From Trichosphaerium sp. ATCC 40318 (lineage: Eukaryota > Protista > Tubulinea), in NCBI GenBank assembly GCA_038496445.1, contig JALMLS010000315.1:1-64000 (forward strand): a stretch of DNA of 64,000 bases. Reading direction: 5' to 3'. Of the stretch, positions 55,479-64,000 are shown piece by piece. The translations under genes and the position numbers were made by a program. The number at the start of each line of letters is the position of its first letter. Position 1 is the stretch's first letter. The notes beneath the pieces are model-generated. The model worked only from the letters and a program-made list of their open reading frames with translations. It was not told the DNA's origin and did no database searches.

Positions 55479-56342
55479 CTAAACTACAGCCTTCTTTTTG
55501 TGTAGCCTGTACAATTTTCTGTACTGTGATAATACTAATTTAGTATGCCTACCTCCAGTAATATACCCAGCAGGCCCTACGAATATCCCTGGAATGGCTA
55601 ATCCGAAGAAACTAACCAATATTACAACTGAAAAAAACCCAGCATGATGTCTGATTAATCCCAATGTGTCATACTTAGGCCATCTTGTCTCCCCGTTTGG
55701 CCAGGTCCTCTCTGATTTGTAGAATATTCTTGAAGCATGCTCACCATTCATTAGACTAAACAAGAAGAAAGTTGCAGGTATGATAGAATGCATAGCAACC
55801 TTAAAACCAATAGTACATCCAAAACTAAATGATGATTTTCTAAACTGAGATAGAGTAACATGTGACCAGTGTTGGCTTCCAATAGAGCCGCTTATACCAG
55901 CTACGCCTAATACACATGCTCCCATATAAAGATTGTACTCCCAGTTAGGCATATAACGTAGCAGTTGCATGCTTTTTGGCTCGCTACCTGAATTATCATA
56001 CAAATCAATGTCATTCACACCCCTAGGTAAAATAATACTTGTTGTATCGGCATTGTACCATTCTGGTACGTATCCTTGCCACCATCCTACATTGTTTGTA
56101 CTTATTGCGTATATTTTTAGGTATTTTTCTTCTTGTCTTTTAGCTACTGTGTATACGTCATCTTTAAATAGTATAGTATCAGATTCTATAGGTACGACTT
56201 CTTTTTCTGAAAAAGGTGCATAGTTAAAGTAGCAGAGTATAGCGGCCATACTTATGCCACTAGCGCACGCATAAATAGTAAAAGGCCGAGACTTGGAAAT
56301 TGCTTGTTTTAAAAGCTGGGCGCGTTTTGCGTTGTTAATCAT
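55479..56342 (-). CDS. Intronless hypothetical membrane protein (~287 aa)
   Basis: Long ORF with 4-5 hydrophobic segments and an Arg/Lys-rich N-terminus; no recognised domain. Confidence 0.65.
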   Translation of the reverse strand: MINNAKRAQLLKQAISKSRPFTIYACASGISMAAILCYFNYAPFSEKEVVPIESDTILFKDDVYTVAKRQEEKYLKIYAISTNNVGWWQGYVPEWYNADTTSIILPRGVNDIDLYDNSGSEPKSMQLLRYMPNWEYNLYMGACVLGVAGISGSIGSQHWSHVTLSQFRKSSFSFGCTIGFKVAMHSIIPATFFLFSLMNGEHASRIFYKSERTWPNGETRWPKYDTLGLIRHHAGFFSVVILVSFFGLAIPGIFVGPAGYITGGRHTKLVLSQYRKLYRLHKKKAVV

Positions 56343-56681
56343 GATGATTGTTGTGTTAATAGAACACTTTTGACTTTTTCGCTGCTTTTTCCTTCGCAAA
56401 AAAGTGGTCTTTGAAAGTCCGTTTCAGTCAAGTTGTAACGACAGGTTTATTTTTTGTTTTTTTTTTTGCTATTCATTTGACATTTTTTTTTGTAGATCTA
56501 CCTACATTTGACAGTCTTTTGGAAGTCTGATCAACCAACAGTTATTTCGTTTATTTTGTTCCTTAAAAGTGCTCTAACGATAAGGTAGGTAAAAAGATTC
56601 TAAAAAGTAACTTGACTAAAAGAAGGCGTTGTACTCAACAAATATAGAAATGTTTAATGATTTGATAGAAGTTGTTTGACT

Positions 56682-58313
56682 CTAAACAATTTTTTTCTTC
56701 CTATAGAACAACAAACATGCTCGGTCTGTAACTAGTTCAGATGCTTCTATTTTAGATACTCTACTATCATCAAAATGATACCACCTGTTATCATCAGAGT
56801 TACGACAAGCAGCTGTGGAGTGCATCTTAGAGTACTACAGGAGATTAAGTAAGTTGCTTTGTAAAGTAATTCTCAGAATAAAATCCGGAGATTTAAACGT
56901 ACTACAATTCCATAGAGCTCATAAACAAAGTTCTCTTCAGGTTGTATTGGTTTTTTAATAAAAGGAGCCATGTCAAGGGTATCAATAGGGAATGTTATGA
57001 CCTTGGATAGAGAACCTTGGTCCCTTCTATTAAAAAATATTACAAATACCTTGAGACTCATTGTTAGCTGGTAGAAACGAAAGGTGGTTTAGGTACCTCA
57101 GGTAATGTCCAAATATCTCGTCCAACCGTCGCACGTACATGGTTTTTACAGTGCCTGCAGTACCTAAGCAAAATAAAAAGTCAAAAAAAAACAAGTACAA
57201 GTTCAATTGAACTTACCATTCGTCACCCTCTATTAATTTAGATTTTTTCGAGAAATCTTTCATGCAATCTTGAAGAGTAGCAGCTTCCATACCAAATATT
57301 TTATATTCGAGCACGACAAACATATCAAACGCTCTTGACATGTTCTTTTAAAAAAATTTAATAAGGGAAACAGGAAAAATATTGCAGTACCCTTACCTTA
57401 CAATCAGGGCAACAAATTTGAGTCCTGGTCTGCCCGTACATTATATCTGTAATATAAGAATCATTGCGAAGAAAAAATGCTCGTCTATAAGCAGCAGCAA
57501 GGTCGACATCATCAGGTATTGACCTACAATTGTTTAGAAAGATAAATAAGAAAAAAACACGTGTCCGTGGTCTAAACACTCACTGGTCTATCTCTGTGTA
57601 AGGTTTGTTGATTATTCTGTTCACATCCTCATGTACCGCATCTACGATAAAGCTTAAGACCTCTTCTGGACACTTGTGATGATATCCAGCCAGCCTCGGA
57701 CAGTGCTTTTCAATCGTCTTCTTGGCCTCTCTAGGCTGTACTGGGTCACGTCCGCTTGACCACAACGCCTAAGGAATCCACTATAAGCTTCTTTGATGCC
57801 GTACATACGGCCTCTCGGGCGTGATGTTGCTTGCAAGACAGCAAAGAAACTGAAGTCTTGATGAATAATCGTACCTTGACAATTTTGGCAAAAGAGTCTG
57901 CAATTTCACCATTGCAACCAAGAGGATTTGATTTATTAATTTGAGCTTTATACGCATCGCTTAAAAAAGGCGCTGCTATTTTAGGGTCACTAACGAGACA
58001 TTGAAAAACGGAATTTAAGCTGCTTGTATTGCCTGAGAACCAAATTGTTAATGAATGACTTTAAACGGTAATTCGAGGTACCCAGATTCATAATACCACG
58101 TAGGCGAGTGCGTTTGGCTTGTATTTCCTTGTCTTGCTTAATCATTGCCTCCCAAGTTTTAGAAACGCTGCAACATGGTAATAAATCCTTATAAGATAGG
58201 CATTGAAGCACTGCTAGAGTTATTTCAATTGGTAAAATTTCGTCTGTGGAGTTATAAGCTTACATATGCCCTAGTTCTACCTGATAGATACCTGTTTCCG
58301 CTGTAGTAGACAT
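56682..58313 (-). CDS. F-box fused to catalytically inactive USP (pseudo-deubiquitinase)
   Basis: F-box ILPIEITLAVLQCLSYKDLLPCCSVSKTW. USP boxes GIMNLGNTSSLNSVFQCL, INKSNPLGCNGEIA, VHEDVNRI, CPDC/CRHC, YELYGIV, WYHFDDSRVS, CLLFY. Confidence 0.88.
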
Positions 58314-58523
58314 TTTTTACGCCTGAGTGCTGTCGAGTATGTTTTTGGGATTGAATTGTCAGTTCATGAGAGTCCGTAGTTCAAAGAACCTTTCAGTTTT
58401 TCTGACAGGGCACAACAAGAACCCTGATTACAAACAACAAAAAAGTTGACACGTGTCATTTCTCAAATAAGTAAGTGACAAAAATAAACGCTATGGCTGT
58501 TTATTGTAACGTGCAAGCTCTCT

Positions 58524-58910
58524 TTCAATACTTGCTCGGTATTAACCATTAAGAGCATTGTTTGAATGTACCTTAGCTATCTTACACAAGTGGTCGCTTG
58601 TCTGTACTGTACACGAGCTCTACGTGACCCTTGTGTAAGGAAGTCACTTCAGTGAAGCGTACTGTCCTTGATGATGATCACGTCATCAAGGCCTTTCACC
58701 TTACGGCCAAGGTGCACTTTGCGGCCTTTGCGGCCCGGGAACATACATGTAACTTGAATAAACTTAATAAAGATAACTTTAACAAGAGTTACAACGTTTA
58801 TTATCTAACAAGTAAAGAAGAACCCTGGTCGGGTACGTACCTCTTTACACCTTGACCCCTTTGTTACGTTTCATATTGAATGACTGGCACTAGTTTTAAT
58901 CTTTGAGCAA
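58524..58910 (+). ncRNA. Candidate structured non-coding RNA
   Basis: Several strong helices whose non-Watson-Crick pairs are G-U on the + strand; no credible ORF. Confidence 0.5.
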
Positions 58911-58988
58911 TACAACTAGAGATTTAAAATTTATGTTTATTTGCCTGCCTTGTTGCTCTTTTTGTTTTACAATTTCATAAGCGACAGA

Positions 58989-59577
58989 TTATCTGTATGC
59001 AGTAATATGAGCACTACCGCTAGAATTGCCTGAAAACGGACAATTGCAGCTGATGAACAGTCTTTTCTCAGGAGTAATTGGTAGCCAAAAATGTTCGCTG
59101 TTAAAGGACCATGCGTTTTGCCTTGGGTAGCATTTACAACCCAACTTGAACGAATATTCCTTGTCTTCATGCTTAGTGTAAACCTTAAATGTTGGGTTAT
59201 TGTCTGTTCCTGCGGTACCAGAAACGAAACGGATGTACACAAGTACTTCCTTGGCATGATCTGGGATGTCTACAAACGATCGTCTTAGAAAGGAAGTTTT
59301 TGTTTCTTAATCACGTGCCTGATATGTCGTATGTCGCAGTAGTCCCATTAGGTATAGCGAAGTCTTTATTGTGTGTTGTCCAAGACGATAGCAAGTTGCG
59401 TTGTTCTAGTTCGTTTAATCTATTCTCTAGCTGCGCAACACGATTCCTTAAGGCCTGTAGCTCTGTTTCTGGCAAGCTTTCTCTAAAGACACTGTTTTCG
59501 TCCATGTAGCCCAGTATTTCTGTTTGAGCTTCGCCTTTATAGATGACTTGCCAGCCTGTTGGTATTTGTGGCTCCAT
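58989..59577 (-). CDS. Hypothetical protein (coiled coil + small beta domain), 2 exons
   Basis: A GC-AG intron (59270-59318) joins the two ORFs in frame: ...YDISDIPDHAKEVLVYIRF...QNAWSFNSEHFWLP. Confidence 0.7.
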
Positions 59578-60049
59578 TAGTATCTAGTAATTATTTTAGA
59601 ATACTTGAGTGTTCCTTTGAGGAACTGCAGTTCCTACAGAAGTTGTTTTGTCGAATATTTTTAACAACTTTGACTTTGACTGTAAATCAAAGGTTCTAAT
59701 GACTAAACAAGCTTCCTATTATTTTATGTACAAGTAACAAAATCTCTACTAGCAAGAGTAAGGCGTTTTTTTTTTCCAATTGAAACTTGACATTTCATGG
59801 AAGGTTCTTCTCAAAAATTAACACAAGAGGTGTCTTCAAAAGCTTTTCATTAAACGTGATGCGTTGCATCAAATAATATATTAATGTGTATGCTTTTACA
59901 TATGCATCATTTACTTTATTTATTTCAAGCACCTAGTGGTATGAATTGAATGACACTATTAGGAATACTATTGAGGACAAATATCTTGATTATTTATTGG
60001 CGCTTTCTAGTTTAGTGGACTGCCCTAGCTATGCATCTTTCTACACTTT

Positions 60050-60741
60050 CTACACTTTGTTTTCGGAAAATTCGGAAAAAACTATATCCCCGTTGACATA
60101 GTTACACTGATGACGTAGTTGGCCATTATTATACCACTCAAGTACCTCTCCATCTAATATACCATTAACAAACGTGCCCTTCTTACGCAGATTGCCATTT
60201 GGGTGCCAATTCTTTAACTCCCCGTCTGGTTGACCATTAATGTAATTACTCTTCTGCGCCAACTGACCGTTGTCATGCCATATTTTACTATCACCTTCAC
60301 ATACGCCTTCAATATAGTGGCGCTCAGACAGTAATTGTCCATTTTCATACCACTCCTTGTACTCTCCATGTAAATGACCATCAACATAACAAATCTCTTT
60401 CCTCAATTGGCCATTGCTGTACCAAGCGTACGCTGTATGTGGCATACCATGTTTCCAATTCGCTTGATATTCAATATACTGCCTTATTGATCTTTTAGTA
60501 GAAGTATGTTTGGCGTTGCAAGCACTGAAATCTCTAAGTCGACGTCATCGCTTTCTTCAATTGTTGAATATTTCAACCACTTTCCGTGGTTTTCAAGCTC
60601 GTCGTCAAACCTTGTTGTCGTTGCTGTGTATTTAGACAATAAAGGCCATTTTACGTACACTTCAACATCTGTATCCATGAGAACGAGATGTAGCTCAAGA
60701 GGTAGGTTTAACAAGCGGCACTGCTCATATTTTTCTGCCAT
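60050..60741 (-). pseudogene. Intronless F-box-like + MORN-variant repeat gene, one frameshift
   Basis: LLNLPLELHLVL..WPLLSK..TTRFDDELENHGKW is homologous to the 53091 copy. The frame shifts between ~60490 and 60545; five WYxNGQL-type repeats follow. Confidence 0.75.
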
Positions 60742-61112
60742 GTTTATTTATTCGCAAATGATTTAAAACAACTAGTATCCTACAACATGCGGCAATGTGT
60801 CGAGAAATATCGACCACTTTTTCCAAAATATAGACCTGCAAAAAAAAAATTTTCAACTTTTTTCAAAAAGAAAAATGTCCCTTTGCAAGTTATTTGAGCA
60901 ATTTGACTTCGTTTGTTTTATTTTGGCTACTACTAGGTTGACGTAATAATAAAAGACTAGGCAGCTGAGAAAAAATGGCGTTTATTCTTGAAAATTAAAA
61001 CTTAGTTGACTGACTTGTCATTATCACGTGGTAAAAGACGTCTTCTAGATCGATCATTTATAATGGTCAGACCACTGTTGACCGCATTTGTTGCAAGTAC
61101 ATTAACTTGATT

Positions 61113-62123
61113 TCAGTTGGGTACAGCCTTTGCCACCTTAGGTTTCTTCGCATCTGATCTTTCCAACTCATCATTTACATCTTGCTCTGTTTGTCGTTTC
61201 CTCTTAGATCCATGAACCAACAACAACTTTCTCCTTTCTACCCACTCATCTTCCCAATCCTGTGGAGGAACACTATATGCTGTCGCTGCCAAGTGCTCAA
61301 ATATAACGAAAAGCAACTCAGGTGGTAAGCTCGAAAAGAAATTGTCACCGTGGCGATCAGCATTAGCTATCATCAAGATTGTAAAAACACGTAATCTAAA
61401 TCCAAGCGGAAAATAGCAATGTATAGCTTTTTTCCATCTAGGCACCAACAGCTGGCCCTGGTCATAAGCAGTTGTACCGTCACTAGAGGCTTCAATACCT
61501 CTAAGCCATTTTTCATCAGTCATCGTAACCTTGTATGTCGCATTAACCACCTCAACGTTGTCCCAGCTTAAGTCAGGGTTATCAGCTCTTAATCTACCCA
61601 TTTCTCTTTCATTAACACCTGACTTGCTTATCCTCTCCACGTGATGTATATACCGATAAGTGTGCTGTTTTAAATCATAGCAAATATTATCAACGCTTAT
61701 ATTATAAGAAATAGGAGGGTAGTTGTTTTGTTTAGCAAAAACAATCCAACGTCTTTGTTCATCTCTTTTTTCTTCAGCTACTTTTTCCAAATAGCGTGCC
61801 TTAACTTCTTCTGAAGCATTTGCCCATTCTTCGAATATTTGAGATGAGTCCATATCCGGTGTTTTATCCTTTAAATCAGCCGCGAAGTCGCTTATATCTT
61901 CGCCGTTTGTCTTGAAAGAGCCGTACTTGCGTACAGGTTTTTTAACGCCCGTCCTGTACGCTACCTTGAATGGCAGTGTATCCCAGAGTATCATTAAAGC
62001 GATTTCGTAAAGATCATCCGGTAATTCGACAGAAGAAGCGAATGTCGGTTCAAGCCAAAGGTAGAAGGTTCTACCGTTGATGTTAGACACTCTGTACCTA
62101 TAGACATCACTAGAACCGCCCAT
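61113..62123 (-). CDS. Intronless protein with HMG-box-like segment and C-terminal F-box-like motif
   Basis: DLKDKTPDM..EEWANASEEVKARYLEKVAEEK (HMG helices 2-3 like); W...IHCYFPLGFRLRVFTILM...FSSLPPELLFVIFEHLA; NLS-like KKPK. Confidence 0.7.
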   Translation of the reverse strand: MGGSSDVYRYRVSNINGRTFYLWLEPTFASSVELPDDLYEIALMILWDTLPFKVAYRTGVKKPVRKYGSFKTNGEDISDFAADLKDKTPDMDSSQIFEEWANASEEVKARYLEKVAEEKRDEQRRWIVFAKQNNYPPISYNISVDNICYDLKQHTYRYIHHVERISKSGVNEREMGRLRADNPDLSWDNVEVVNATYKVTMTDEKWLRGIEASSDGTTAYDQGQLLVPRWKKAIHCYFPLGFRLRVFTILMIANADRHGDNFFSSLPPELLFVIFEHLAATAYSVPPQDWEDEWVERRKLLLVHGSKRKRQTEQDVNDELERSDAKKPKVAKAVPN

Positions 62124-62512
62124 CTTGTCAATTGTCAACTGAACGAATGGATTTGCCAAGAATAATTGAATGTGGTTGACCCTCCTCGATTTGCTATTAT
62201 CAACGGCCACACTGACAGTACTTTGTACAACTATTTTACGGGAGCCCTTAACCTTGAAGCAGCAATATTGTAATTACCAAGCAAAAAAATGGATTATCTG
62301 TTTTGTCGATAATCAGTGTCAATTCCGTAGGCTTGTTGTTCTTCTTCAGTGTTATAAGGTTAAAGTACAACAAAGTACCGAGATAAGGTGACTGATAACA
62401 ACAATGGAGGTTCTGCTAATTGTGATAGTATGAATAGTTGGTAAATTTCTGAAAGAAAAAAACGACTTAGCAGTGTTACACAAACTTATACAAACCAATT
62501 GTAAGTACACCG

Positions 62513-62854
62513 ATGACATCCATTTACGTAGTATTTCTCTATATAGACTACAGAAAGGACGTAACAATAAAACACTTGAAGGCATTCGGAGATAGAACAA
62601 AGGCAATTCAGTTTGCACAAAAATTCAGTGAGAAAGCGGACAATGATGACGAAACATACCTTCCACCAGGCGCTATTGTTCAACCTGTAGCACCTCCTGA
62701 GCCTAAACGAGCTGCATACGTTACAATTGACGACTTAGAGTTTGACGAGCCAACTGGAGGATCAAAACGATGTAAAACTGCTTTTCAAGGTACAAGCGGT
62801 GAATACAGCTCATACAAAGCGCGTATTGGCGTTAAAAAAATACCTTTCGAATAA
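62513..62854 (+). CDS. Intronless hypothetical protein (113 aa)
   Basis: ATG-TAA ORF with natural protein composition. Confidence 0.6.
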   Translation: MTSIYVVFLYIDYRKDVTIKHLKAFGDRTKAIQFAQKFSEKADNDDETYLPPGAIVQPVAPPEPKRAAYVTIDDLEFDEPTGGSKRCKTAFQGTSGEYSSYKARIGVKKIPFE

Positions 62855-63022
62855 AACCTGCCTATAACGTATCATCATGCTTCGTTGTAGCGAAGCGCGT
62901 ACGGTACGGGTTTCCTAGAAACCTCAGAACAATACAATCTTGTTTACATTAGTTGACCATCTGCGTTCAGTACCGCGCTTTCTTTCAAGTAGAAAAACAT
63001 TTTCGGACCAGTATTGCACTCA

Positions 63023-64000
63023 TGTCTCGCAATCCTTCTCTAGATAAACTACAAAACCCAGAAGAAGCAACAAAGGCACCTTTTTTAAACCAAAACAGTA
63101 CCTGTTCATAATTAACACGTGACGAACGTTAGGTCATATCGTGGATGTGTAATGGGCCTGTTCCTGAGCCGAACATATCGAATACTGATACAGTAATAGT
63201 AAAAAGTGATAATGTGAAAGAGGTAACGTTCTACAGTGCTCTCTTGGAAGGTTTTAACGTAAGACATAGCTACATAATTTATTAACGTGCCACAGAGAAA
63301 TAACAGGAGCTGTTGCTCAATCAGCTCTTATTTGGCGTATAGTTTGTACATTAACTCTTCCTGGAGGTGATACGTATCTCAATTTCCTTAAAAGCATCTG
63401 TGAGGATATATACGTACGAATACACAGTTCGCTGCATTACGTTAATACTAGATATCCAGACTCCAGTTCTGGTTTTCGCACCAACGGAAAAAATTGATGA
63501 AGTCAAAAAAAAATTAGTGCACGTGATAAAGAAATAATTTAACCTTACACGTCTGAGAACCTCAACAACATTTACCGTATAATATTATCACCTTACACAT
63601 ATTTAAGGTCATTTCCTAATTGCCCATTTGTAGTTACTTCAGATAAAGCAGTGTTAGAAAGGCAAGTCAAGAGTGAAGTTTATTCAATTCTAAGATTTAA
63701 CAGGTTTTGTTCATTTGAAAGTGTTATATGGATATCATCGCCTCAGCATACAGTTCCTACCGTAAGTTTTGTTCTTGGTTTAACACTTGCTAAAGCAATG
63801 TTCCTTTTCTTTAAGAATATAGCGCTATCAATTAGAGATACTGGTGTGGCAGTTGCTGAGAACAAAGATGATGATTGTGATGAGTTTATTACAAGTAGCA
63901 TTTACGATTCAATAGGAAGAATCAAGAAGGCACCAGTATGTAAAATAGTAGTAGATACACGTACGCTTACACATTGTTGCAATAAATAAAGAAATAATAT
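63023..64000 (+). CDS. 5' part of an unknown multi-exon gene
   Basis: MSRNPSLDKLQNPEEATK followed by short exons bounded by splice signals; the frame is not fully resolved. Confidence 0.4.

Noticed and set aside
1-64000. Alternative genetic code or stop readthrough explaining the fragmented ORFs
   Set aside because: Short introns explain the breaks; TAA, TAG and TGA all terminate conserved genes (actin-like, G-alpha, GUF1).

Overview
Gene-dense, AT-rich eukaryotic DNA, probably from a protist. Introns are short (mostly ~45-110 nt) and GT-AG, with GTACG-type donors and CTAAC/CTGAC branch points; all three stop codons are used normally. An amoebozoan-like origin is a guess only. I assembled about 24 gene models by eye. 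Recognisable ones are PRPF3, a G-protein alpha subunit, GUF1/LepA, a ~14.6 kb HECT E3 ligase, a SMYD methyltransferase, an MFS transporter, a CX5R phosphatase, a Zn2Cys6 factor and two AlkB-family dioxygenases. Most notable: (1) F-box-like motifs fused to degenerate copies of housekeeping proteins, namely an F-box-actin and an F-box-USP whose catalytic Cys is Ser, plus F-box-like/MORN and HMG/F-box-like genes; (2) a densely base-paired ~380-nt intergenic ncRNA candidate at 58.5-58.9 kb; (3) a Pol III tRNA-like gene with an abnormal anticodon arm; (4) a 3.6 kb gene-free island with a long foldback and hairpin-bearing tandem repeats; (5) strong CACGTG enrichment, often intronic, and several GC-AG introns; (6) a NIT-like sensor with no output domain; (7) a birth-and-death family of glycine-zipper proteins. 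Exon boundaries, domain calls and counts are manual and need computational confirmation.
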